Assembly: GCA_934486825.1 (NCBI GenBank)
Contig: CAKSQF010000012.1
Coordinates: 14,751-78,750, forward strand
Direction: 5' to 3'
Origin: an uncultured Eubacteriales bacterium
GTDB taxonomy: Bacteria > Bacillota > Clostridia > Oscillospirales > CAG-272
DNA length: 64,000 nucleotides
In this document: one piece after another, positions 19,532 to 27,500 of the stretch
Position numbering within the stretch: the stretch's first letter is position 1
How the letters are laid out: the number at the start of each line of letters is the position of its first letter
Made by a program: the position numbers and the translations under genes
Notes under the pieces: model-generated
Database searches by the model: none
Seen by the model: only the letters and a program-made list of their open reading frames with translations
What the model was told of the DNA's origin: nothing

Positions 19532-21171
19532 TGGAAAACGCAAAATTTTATGACGCGATCATAATCGGAGCGGGTCCCGCGGGACTTACCTCGGCGATCT
19601 ATCTTGCCCGCGCGGGATACGGCGTACTTGTAATTGAAAAGGAAAAGATCGGCGGTCAGATAACGATAACCTCCGAGGTAGTCAACTATCCGGGGGTGAT
19701 GAGAACCGACGGATATGCGCTTACCGATACAATGTACAGACAGGCAAAAGCCTTCGGAGCCGATTTTGTTTCCGCAACAGTTTCGGAAATATCGGCTTCG
19801 GACAACAAAAAGAGAGTTTCAACATCGGTCGGAGCGTTCGCCTGTACAGGCATAATCATTGCGACGGGTGCAAAACCGAAAAGCCTCGGCTTCCCGGGCG
19901 AGGAAGAATTCCGCGGGCACGGGGTCGCCTACTGTGCGACCTGCGACGGCGAGTTTTTTGACAAAAAAGAGATTTTCGTCATCGGCGGCGGATTTTCGGC
20001 AGCGGAGGAAAGCATTTTTCTGACGCGCTACGCAAGCCGCGTTACCGTTCTCGTCCGCGGGCACGATTTTTCCTGTGCGCAATCTGCCGCACACGCGGTC
20101 TATGACCATCCGAAAATAAGGGTACTGACCGATACCGAGATCGTAAGTCTGCACGGCGACACTCTTCCGCGCAGAATAGTTTACAGAAACAGGATAAGCG
20201 GAGAAGTGACCGGATATTCGCCCGAAAACGGCGACGCCTTCGGTGTTTTTGTCTTTGTCGGATACGAACCTGAGAGCGGACTTCTCAAAAACCTCGCCAA
20301 AATCGACGAACAGGGCTATATAATTACAGACGAACGTCTTATGACCTCGGCGGACGGCATTTTTGCCGCAGGCGATGTCCGCAAAAAGGTCTTACGGCAG
20401 GTCGTCACCGCAGTCGGCGACGGCGCGACCGCCGCAACCGAGCTTGAAAAATATATTTCGGCGGCAGGCGGAGACGCTGCGAGGTCGGGCATGCGAAAAG
20501 ACGATGCCGGAGGAAAATCGCCCGCTCCGCAGGATGGCGGCAGAGATTCCGATTCGGTATTTCCCGCGGAAATACGGGAGCAGCTTGCACTGCTCTTCGA
20601 AAAGATCGATCGCAAAATCATATTTGAGCTTTACCGCTCCCCCGATCGATCGGACAAACGCTCGTCGGAGCTTGAAAAATATCTGCGCGGACTTTGCGGC
20701 ATCTGCGGAATGTTTTCGATCGAATACGCGGACGGAAAAGACGGGGAGTATCTCCCCGCGGTGCGTATACTCGGGGAAGACCGCAGTTACAGCGGACTTG
20801 CATTTCACGGGATCCCGGGCGGACATGAATTTTCGTCATTTGCCGTCGGCATATGCAATGCGGCAGGCGTCGGACAGCCGATCTCCGACGATCTGCGCCA
20901 AAAGATCGAAGAACTGAAAACTCCGCTTGGAATGAAAGTGCTCGTTTCGCTCGGATGCACGAACTGCCCTGCCCTTGTCATCGCCGCCCAGCAGATCGCG
21001 GCACTGAGAGACGGTGTCTCGGCAGAGGTCTACGACGTGACCCTTTATCCGGAGCTGCGCGAAAAATACAACGTAATGAGTGTGCCCTGCCTTGTGATAA
21101 ACGACAGCAGGGTAAGCTTCGGTCGCCGCGGGCTTGATGAACTTCTGGAATACATCGGGGAGCAGTCGTGA
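19531..21171 (+). CDS. AhpF-like NADH:peroxiredoxin reductase with permuted domain order (TrxR module N-terminal, double Trx-fold module C-terminal)
   Basis: N-terminus has the FAD motif IIIGAGPAGLTSAIYLARAG and redox CATCDG. The C-terminal ~200 aa carry FHGIPGGHEFSSF and GCTNCP motifs like the AhpF N-terminal domain. 1-nt overlap with the ahpC stop. Confidence 0.75.
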   Translation: MENAKFYDAIIIGAGPAGLTSAIYLARAGYGVLVIEKEKIGGQITITSEVVNYPGVMRTDGYALTDTMYRQAKAFGADFVSATVSEISASDNKKRVSTSVGAFACTGIIIATGAKPKSLGFPGEEEFRGHGVAYCATCDGEFFDKKEIFVIGGGFSAAEESIFLTRYASRVTVLVRGHDFSCAQSAAHAVYDHPKIRVLTDTEIVSLHGDTLPRRIVYRNRISGEVTGYSPENGDAFGVFVFVGYEPESGLLKNLAKIDEQGYIITDERLMTSADGIFAAGDVRKKVLRQVVTAVGDGATAATELEKYISAAGGDAARSGMRKDDAGGKSPAPQDGGRDSDSVFPAEIREQLALLFEKIDRKIIFELYRSPDRSDKRSSELEKYLRGLCGICGMFSIEYADGKDGEYLPAVRILGEDRSYSGLAFHGIPGGHEFSSFAVGICNAAGVGQPISDDLRQKIEELKTPLGMKVLVSLGCTNCPALVIAAQQIAALRDGVSAEVYDVTLYPELREKYNVMSVPCLVINDSRVSFGRRGLDELLEYIGEQS

Positions 21172-21192
21172 ACTGCTTCCCCGATCTTTTTT
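21156..21192 (+). terminator. Terminator after the AhpF-like gene
   Basis: CGGGGAGCAGT ... ACTGCT(T)CCCCG stem spanning the stop codon, followed by ATCTTTTTT. Confidence 0.6.
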
Positions 21193-21223
21193 CAAAAAAA
21201 GTTGATTTTTTTCGCCGAGACTA

Positions 21224-21251
21224 TTGACAAAAGGAAAAAACATGCTATAAT
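21224..21251 (+). promoter_or_regulatory. Promoter of tRNA-Lys
   Basis: TTGACA-16 bp-TATAAT, about 33 nt upstream of the tRNA. Confidence 0.65.
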
Positions 21252-21283
21252 ATCATATGTTCCGTGACATGCGGACGAAATAT

Positions 21284-21359
21284 GCACCCTTAGCTCAGTT
21301 GGTAGAGCAACTGACTCTTAATCAGTGGGTCCGGGGTTCGAGTCCCCGAGGGTGCACCA
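21284..21359 (+). tRNA. tRNA-Lys (anticodon CTT)
   Basis: Manual cloverleaf: acceptor GCACCCT/AGGGTGC, anticodon loop CTCTTAA, T-loop TTCGAGT, encoded CCA. Confidence 0.9.
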
Positions 21360-21369
21360 AAATAGTGAT

Positions 21370-21400
21370 GGTCTGTAAGTTTTTCTTACAGACCGTTTTT
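21370..21400 (+). terminator. Terminator after tRNA-Lys
   Basis: GGTCTGTAAG / CTTACAGACC followed by GTTTTT. Confidence 0.8.
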
Positions 21401-21402
21401 AT

Positions 21403-21582
21403 ACGGCAGCAAAACAGCTCGGATTTAAGATATTACAGTTTAATGCCGTTGTCGAAAGCAATATTCATGCCCGACATCTGTACGAGCGGCTCGGATTCGT
21501 TCACATCGGAACGGTTCCGAACGCCTTTCGCATGAAGGACGGGACGCTTGAGAGCATTTGCCTGTATTATCACAGGCTTTAA
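21403..21582 (+). pseudogene. 3' remnant of a GNAT N-acetyltransferase gene (about 59 codons, no start)
   Basis: The frame reads TAAKQLGFKILQFNAVVESNIHARHLYERLGFVHIGTVPNAFRMKDGTLESICLYYHRL*, a typical GNAT C-terminus. The upstream part is replaced by the tRNA-Lys terminator, and it retains its own terminator downstream. Confidence 0.6.
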
Positions 21583-21613
21583 ACAATCAATTTTGCGGAT
21601 ATTATCCGAAAAA

Positions 21614-21638
21614 GCAGGCTTTATGCCTGCCTTTTTTA
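21614..21638 (+). terminator. Terminator after the GNAT remnant
   Basis: GCAGGC-TTTAT-GCCTGC followed by CTTTTTT. Confidence 0.7.
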
Positions 21639-21678
21639 CGCAAAGTAAAAAAAGTATACAAAAAAATCGATACAGGTT

Positions 21679-21707
21679 ATTGATTTTTTTACACTCTCAT
21701 GCTAAAA
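21679..21707 (+). promoter_or_regulatory. Promoter of the GH78 gene
   Basis: TTGATT-17 bp-TGcTAAAAT (extended -10). Confidence 0.6.
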
Positions 21708-21744
21708 TCAGATCAGATTACAAAGAATGATCGGAGTATACGCC

Positions 21745-24084
21745 ATGAACTTTCCTATGTCATTTTACTGTGCAACCCGTGATTTTGCCGATTTTTCGCA
21801 TCCCGTACCCGCGCCCGCAATGAGACGCTCGTTCACGGTTGAAAAGGTCGGCGCTCCCGCAAAGCTTCTGATCTGCGGACTCGGTCTTTACAGACTGTTT
21901 GTAAACGGATCGGAAATCACACGGACAATACTCGCGCCTTACATATCAAATCCCGATGATATTTTATATTACGACAGCTACGATCTGTCCGATCTGCTGA
22001 AGGTCGGCGAAAACGTGATCGGCGTTATCCTCGGAAACGGCATGCTGAACTGCCCGGGCGGAACCGTCTGGGATTTTCAGAAGGCAACCTTCCGCAGCGC
22101 ACCGAAGCTTGCGCTTTCGTTTGAGTGCGGAGAGCTGTCATTTGACGCCTCCACCTTTGTATGGGCAGAATCGCCGATTATTTTCGACGACATACGCTGC
22201 GGATGCTTCTATGACGCGCGAAAGGAGCTTCCCGGGTGGAACGCGCCCGGCTTTAACGGCTCCGGATGGAAGCCCGTCATAAAAGCCGAAACGCCGCGCG
22301 GAACGCCGCGCATCTGCGACGTTGACCCGATCGGCTGTACCCGCACGCTTTCTCCCGTATCGACAGAGCGAAATGCTTCGGTTACATCAAGAGACTCGAC
22401 ATGGCACATGCATCCGATGATTGCGGGTCAGTCCGCATTTGAAAAATATCTGCCGGCAAACGGCGGAGTCTGCTTTGATTTCGGAGAAAACACGACAGGC
22501 GTTGTGCGGCTTGTGCTGAAAAACACGACACCCGGGCAGAAAATAGACCTCCAATTTGCCGAAATGCTCACCGACGACGGTGTCGTCCAGCCCGAAAACA
22601 TCGCAAGATTCTACCCCGACGGATTCGGTCAGCGCGACATTTACATCTGCCGCGGTGCGGATGAAGAAATCTTTGTTCCGTCGTTCACCTATCACGGCTT
22701 CCGTTACTGCTACGTGGTCGGTCTGCGCGGGGATCAGATATCCGAAGACACGCTGACATACATGGTGTGCAGCACCGAACTTAAAGAGATCGGCAGCTTC
22801 GAATCCTCCTCCCACGTTCTGAACACCCTTCAGAAGATAGTGCGCAACTCCGATCTTTCGAATTTCTGGCATTTTCCGACCGACTGCCCGCACCGCGAGA
22901 AAAACGGCTGGACGGGCGACGCGTCGATATCGTCCGAGCATTTTCTTCTGAATCTCGATGCAACGCGCAATCTGCGCGAATGGATGAGAAATATCCGCGC
23001 CGCACAGCTTGACGACGGAAGGGTCCCCGGGATCGTTCCGACCGGCGGATGGGGTTTTGCATGGGGCAACGGACCCGCATGGGACGCGGTACTGTTCAAC
23101 ATTCCGTATTTCTGCTATGTCATGAGAGGCTGTCGCGGGATCGTCGAAGAAAATGCCGATTCGATGTTCAGATACCTCTACTATGCGGCGGGAAAACGGG
23201 ACGCCGACGGGATCCTTGCCTACGGTCTTTCCGACTGGTGCGCATGCGATGAGGACAGCGGCGAGACAAAGAACACCCCGCTCGCAGTCACCGACACGCT
23301 TGTGATCGCCGACTGTGCGCAGAAAGCGGCATACATGTTCGGACAGCTCGGCAGGCAATCGGAAGCCGATTATGCTATGAAGTTGCACGATGAACTTATT
23401 GCCTCGTTCAGAAGGAAATTTGTCGATCCCGACAGTCTGCTTGTTGCGACCGGAAGTCAGACCGCTCAGGCATGCGCGCTCTTTTACGGTGTTTTCAGCC
23501 GCGACGAGGATGAAAAAGCCTTCGGCGTACTGCTTGATCTTATAAGAAAAAACAATTACCACATGTCGGGCGGATGCATAGGTCTGCGCACGCTCTTCCA
23601 CGTGCTTGCCGACCGCGGCGAAGCCGATCTTGCATACCGCATGGTCACACAGCCCGACGCGCCCTCCTTCAGAACGATCGTTGACGAAGGGTTCACCTCG
23701 CTTCCCGAAGTAATTACTTCAAAAGAAAGGCTGTGGAGGCGCAGACCCTCGCTCAATCACCATTTCTTCGGCGACATATCGAATTTCTTCATAAGAGACA
23801 TTGCGGGAATCCGGGTAAACCCCGACCTTGACAACCCGTCAAGGGTCGGAATTTGTCCCGCATTTATCGACGGACTTGAGTTTGCCGACGCCTTCTACGA
23901 AACGGTCGGCGGAACGGTCAGCGTCCGCTGGGAGAGAAGCGGAGACTGTTGCATCGATCTGCACATTTCTGCCGACGAAGGCGTATCCGGCTACATCAGA
24001 CTGCCCCGCGGATGGCATTTCGAAGACGGCAGTATAGGCTCGAAAAAGCTTGCCTCCGGAATATACAAGGCTGTCCGTAACTGA
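21745..24084 (+). CDS. GH78 alpha-L-rhamnosidase
   Basis: Hallmark FWHFPTDCPHREKNGWTGDA, ~780 aa. The ATG at 21745 with a GGAG RBS is preferred over 21727. Confidence 0.85.
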   Translation: MNFPMSFYCATRDFADFSHPVPAPAMRRSFTVEKVGAPAKLLICGLGLYRLFVNGSEITRTILAPYISNPDDILYYDSYDLSDLLKVGENVIGVILGNGMLNCPGGTVWDFQKATFRSAPKLALSFECGELSFDASTFVWAESPIIFDDIRCGCFYDARKELPGWNAPGFNGSGWKPVIKAETPRGTPRICDVDPIGCTRTLSPVSTERNASVTSRDSTWHMHPMIAGQSAFEKYLPANGGVCFDFGENTTGVVRLVLKNTTPGQKIDLQFAEMLTDDGVVQPENIARFYPDGFGQRDIYICRGADEEIFVPSFTYHGFRYCYVVGLRGDQISEDTLTYMVCSTELKEIGSFESSSHVLNTLQKIVRNSDLSNFWHFPTDCPHREKNGWTGDASISSEHFLLNLDATRNLREWMRNIRAAQLDDGRVPGIVPTGGWGFAWGNGPAWDAVLFNIPYFCYVMRGCRGIVEENADSMFRYLYYAAGKRDADGILAYGLSDWCACDEDSGETKNTPLAVTDTLVIADCAQKAAYMFGQLGRQSEADYAMKLHDELIASFRRKFVDPDSLLVATGSQTAQACALFYGVFSRDEDEKAFGVLLDLIRKNNYHMSGGCIGLRTLFHVLADRGEADLAYRMVTQPDAPSFRTIVDEGFTSLPEVITSKERLWRRRPSLNHHFFGDISNFFIRDIAGIRVNPDLDNPSRVGICPAFIDGLEFADAFYETVGGTVSVRWERSGDCCIDLHISADEGVSGYIRLPRGWHFEDGSIGSKKLASGIYKAVRN

Positions 24085-24096
24085 AAAACAGAGTAA

Positions 24097-24127
24097 GGGA
24101 CTGCACAAAAAGCGCAGTCCCTTTTTG
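24097..24127. terminator. Bidirectional terminator between convergent GH78 and GH2 genes
   Basis: GGGACTGC ... GCAGTCCC stem flanked by A- and T-runs. Confidence 0.75.
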
Positions 24128-24128
24128 T

Positions 24129-26456
24129 TTAATTCAGTTCAAATGTTATCACCGCAGAATCAAGACCGTCCGCATGGGCATAAAGCTTCGCTTTGCCCGC
24201 GGATTTTCCGACCGCAACCGCAACCGATATTCTTCCTGCGCGCATCCTGCGCGAGGTCTCGGTTACCGGGATGTGATCGGATATATCCGACCCGGTTCCG
24301 ATCACTCTGCAAAGTCCGTTCGTATTGAAGGACACAAAGGGAGCGGCTGTCGGAACCTCTCTGCCCTTTTCATCGACGACAATACAGCTGAACATAATTA
24401 CATCGCGTCCGTTTGCGCTCTCGCCGTCGCTCTCCTTTATCAGCTTCAGCGCGACCCCCCTGCCGGTGGTCTCACGTCTGTCGCAGGCGACCGCTTTGCC
24501 GTCTTTATACCCTGCCGCACAGAGCACACCGGGAGTGTACGGAAGGTCAAACTCGGCATATCCGTAAGGCTCGACCGCGACTCTGCCGACCGCTTTGCCG
24601 TTCAGCTCCAGCGACACCTCGGGCAGATTGGTGTAAACACGCACTTTTTTCGTCTCGCCCTCCTCGCCGGCAAAATTCCAGTGAGTGGCGATGTGCAGGA
24701 TCGGTCTGTCGGTTATGAAAAGTGACTGATTCTGATAAAACGCATCCTTTTTCTGCAGGAACAGGTCGATTGCGCCCGATTGCGAGCAAAGTCTCGGCCA
24801 GACCGCCTCTCCGCGATGCTCAAACGCAATCCACTGGAATCCGCCCGCGACATAGGGCAGACTGTGCAGAAACTTCCATGTTTCGGTGCGCGATCTGAAC
24901 CACGAATCGGTATTGTGATCGAGCGCGTTTATATATCCCTTTGAGCTGTCGTCCGGATAATACCATCCTCTTGTTGTGCCCGTCGCACAGCACTCGGATG
25001 AAAAGATCGGCTTGTCGGGGAAGAGCGCGTGAGTCTCCTCGTAGCTTTGGTGGTTGTAATTCATACCGATCGCGTCAAGCAAACCGTTGACCGTCGATTT
25101 CGGCGGCTCGTTTGAAACAGCCGCCATTATCATGCGGGTGTTGTCGAGCGCCATCACCTTTGCGATCATCGTCTGCGCGATACGTCTGCCGTCGTCCGAG
25201 AGGAACTTCATTTCCTCGTTACCGATCGACCACAGCACGACCGACGGGTGATTGCGGTCACGCTTTATAAGCGTTTCAAGCTGTTCAAGACCCTCAACCG
25301 ACGATTCAAAGTGCCGCGTTTCGTCCATGACAAGTATACCTGCCTCGTCAAGAGCGTCCATTGTCGCTTCGTTGTGCGGATAATGACTGCAACGGTAGCC
25401 GTTAGCTCCCATTTCCTTTATCAGCTTCACCTTATAGCGGCAGATACTGTCGGCGACCGCCCTGCCGGTGAGTCCGAAATCCTGATGTGCGCAGACTCCG
25501 TTTATGAATATTTTTCTTCCGTTGAGATAGAAGCCGTTGCCGTCGCCCGTAAAGGTGCGGAAGCCGAAGTTTGTTTTGCAGCTGTCGATTGCCGCCCCGT
25601 TTTCGTAAATGGTTGCCGTCGCGGTATAGAGATACGGATCGTCGATATCCCAGAGATGCGGGGCTTTTATATCTGCGCAAAGCTTTAGTTTCACAGAAGA
25701 TTTCGGCCCTGCGGTAATTTGTCCGTCGATCTTTGTGACAGCCCCGCTCCGATCGGCAAACTCCACGACTGCGCTTACTTCGGCGGCACTCACGCGGTCA
25801 TTCTTTATTTCAAGCTCTGTCGGAAGCTCCCAGCTTCCGTCTTCCCTTTTCGACGGCGCGACATACAGACCGTATGTATCCGCATGAAGGGTATTCGTCT
25901 TTATCAGATATACATGGCGGTTGATTCCGCCGCCCTCGTACCACCAGCCCTCGTGCTCGTCGGTCGTGACGTATACCGCAAGGACGTTGTCCTTTCCGAA
26001 AATGACAAAATCGGTTATATCGACCGTAAACGGAGTGTACGCGCAGAAATTGTGCCTTAAAAGGCATCCGTTGAGATAGACGGTTGCGCCGGTTGCCACC
26101 CCCTCGAAATAAAGGACAAGCTGCCTGTCCCTGTCGCCGTCGCCCAGGGTGAAATGCTTACGGTACCAGCCGTTTGTATATTCGAAAAATCCGTTCGAGC
26201 AGTTGTTTTCTTTGCTGATCTCGCCCGATATTATATAGTCGTGCGGCAGGCTGACCTTCTCCCAGCCGTCGACCGAAAGCTCGTGATCCCAGCCGTAATC
26301 ATCGGGGGCATCGTTGTAATAGCGGGATGCGGGTCCGACGCGTCTGCGCTCGGTCTTTGACTGCATATAGGTCGGTCCCTTCGATCTCCATGTGTGCGGT
26401 CCCAGCTCCCCTCTGTGGAAAAGCCAGCCGTCGTCAAAAAGTATTTTCTCTCTCAT
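24129..26456 (-). CDS. GH2 beta-galactosidase/glucuronidase-like enzyme
   Basis: MREKILFDDGWLFHRGE N-terminus typical of GH2, with HYPHNE and WSIGNEE motifs. The start is set at 26456 (GGGAGG RBS 6 nt upstream) rather than the ORF maximum of 26498. Confidence 0.8.
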   Translation of the reverse strand: MREKILFDDGWLFHRGELGPHTWRSKGPTYMQSKTERRRVGPASRYYNDAPDDYGWDHELSVDGWEKVSLPHDYIISGEISKENNCSNGFFEYTNGWYRKHFTLGDGDRDRQLVLYFEGVATGATVYLNGCLLRHNFCAYTPFTVDITDFVIFGKDNVLAVYVTTDEHEGWWYEGGGINRHVYLIKTNTLHADTYGLYVAPSKREDGSWELPTELEIKNDRVSAAEVSAVVEFADRSGAVTKIDGQITAGPKSSVKLKLCADIKAPHLWDIDDPYLYTATATIYENGAAIDSCKTNFGFRTFTGDGNGFYLNGRKIFINGVCAHQDFGLTGRAVADSICRYKVKLIKEMGANGYRCSHYPHNEATMDALDEAGILVMDETRHFESSVEGLEQLETLIKRDRNHPSVVLWSIGNEEMKFLSDDGRRIAQTMIAKVMALDNTRMIMAAVSNEPPKSTVNGLLDAIGMNYNHQSYEETHALFPDKPIFSSECCATGTTRGWYYPDDSSKGYINALDHNTDSWFRSRTETWKFLHSLPYVAGGFQWIAFEHRGEAVWPRLCSQSGAIDLFLQKKDAFYQNQSLFITDRPILHIATHWNFAGEEGETKKVRVYTNLPEVSLELNGKAVGRVAVEPYGYAEFDLPYTPGVLCAAGYKDGKAVACDRRETTGRGVALKLIKESDGESANGRDVIMFSCIVVDEKGREVPTAAPFVSFNTNGLCRVIGTGSDISDHIPVTETSRRMRAGRISVAVAVGKSAGKAKLYAHADGLDSAVITFELN

Positions 26457-26546
26457 ATTATCCTCCCGTACCTTTCGATTCTGACTGAATTTTAGCATCG
26501 GCGCGCATTTTTGTAAATATATTAAAATGAAAAAATATATAAAATA

Positions 26547-26575
26547 TTGCTTTTTTTAATTGCATATGCTAAAAT
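26547..26575 (+). promoter_or_regulatory. Promoter of the AraC-family gene
   Basis: TTGCTT-17 bp-TAAAAT in an AT-rich divergent region. Confidence 0.5.
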
Positions 26576-26597
26576 ACCGTAAACGGAGGTGACAGGC

Positions 26598-27398
26598 TTG
26601 AAAATCGAATACGCAAAAGGAGACAGTCCGACCGACTGCGTCAGCGAAAACTACTTTAAGCTGAATAACTGCGGTTTTTACATAAATATCGGGAGCGAGC
26701 TTGAGACAAACAGGCGCAGCGGGCGCTCGGATTATCAGATCATATGCGTCACCGACGGTGAAATGAAGGTTCTCCGCGAAAATGACGAGATAACGGCAGG
26801 CGCGGGGAGCTGTCTGCTTTTCAGACCGTGGGAGCCGCAGTGCTACTGCGTAAAGCAGGGCGGGCATGTAAGTTTTTGCTGGATGCATTTCACCGGAAGC
26901 ATTGTCCGAGACATGCTTGACGACCTGTCGGCAGACGGTTTTCTGCACAATGTTGACAGACCGTCAAGATTTCTTGAAGAAACCGGCAGACTGGTACGGC
27001 TCATACGCGAAGGCGCACCAGAGACCTACATCAACGGTCTTGCAATCTGCCTTATCTCGGGATTTTTCCTGCCGTCAAAAAGCTCCGGGCTTCTGCGCAC
27101 CTTCCGCCGCATGGAAGCCGACATCGACAGCGGCATTTTCGACAGGGACTTTGCAAAGTTCTCCGGACTCAGTCAGAGCCGTTTTATCAGACTTTTCAAG
27201 TCGGATTTCGGGATCACCCCGCACGCCTGCTTCACAAAGCTGAGAATGGAGCGGGCGGCGGTATATCTCAGAGAAACATCACTGCCGATAGGAAGGATTG
27301 CCGAGCTTGTCGGATATCCCGACCAGTTTTATTTCTGCAACCTTTTCAGGCGCTATTCGGGCGAGCCGCCGTCCTCGTTCAGGAAAAACACGCTCTGA
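26598..27398 (+). CDS. AraC-family transcriptional regulator
   Basis: Cupin-like N-domain plus a C-terminal double HTH (FAKFSGLSQSRFIRLFK ... IAELVGYPDQFYFCNLFRR). The TTG at 26598 after GGAGGTG is preferred over the GTG at 26589. Confidence 0.8.
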   Translation: MKIEYAKGDSPTDCVSENYFKLNNCGFYINIGSELETNRRSGRSDYQIICVTDGEMKVLRENDEITAGAGSCLLFRPWEPQCYCVKQGGHVSFCWMHFTGSIVRDMLDDLSADGFLHNVDRPSRFLEETGRLVRLIREGAPETYINGLAICLISGFFLPSKSSGLLRTFRRMEADIDSGIFDRDFAKFSGLSQSRFIRLFKSDFGITPHACFTKLRMERAAVYLRETSLPIGRIAELVGYPDQFYFCNLFRRYSGEPPSSFRKNTL

Positions 27399-27426
27399 AA
27401 AAACACCCCCGAATTTAAAAAATCCA

Positions 27427-27455
27427 TTGACATATTGTCGGCAATATACTAAAAT
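27427..27455 (+). promoter_or_regulatory. Promoter of the beta-mannosidase-like gene
   Basis: TTGACA-17 bp-TAAAAT. Confidence 0.6.
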
Positions 27456-27500
27456 GAAAGCGGAACCGACATATCTTTTTAAAGGAGACTGCCACCAACC

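Noticed and set aside
21257-21535. 92-aa ORF spanning tRNA-Lys, and similar ORFs over the tRNA operon (50464-51195).
   Set aside because: They translate through tRNA genes and terminators, which makes them artefacts of ORF calling.
22387-23601. 404-aa minus-strand ORF.
   Set aside because: Antisense shadow of the GH78 rhamnosidase gene.
26457-26498. 14-codon N-terminal extension of the GH2 ORF (MLKFSQNRKVREDN).
   Set aside because: A -10-like TAAAAT (26489-26494, minus strand) falls inside it. A strong GGGAGG RBS precedes the ATG at 26456, which yields the canonical GH2 N-terminus.
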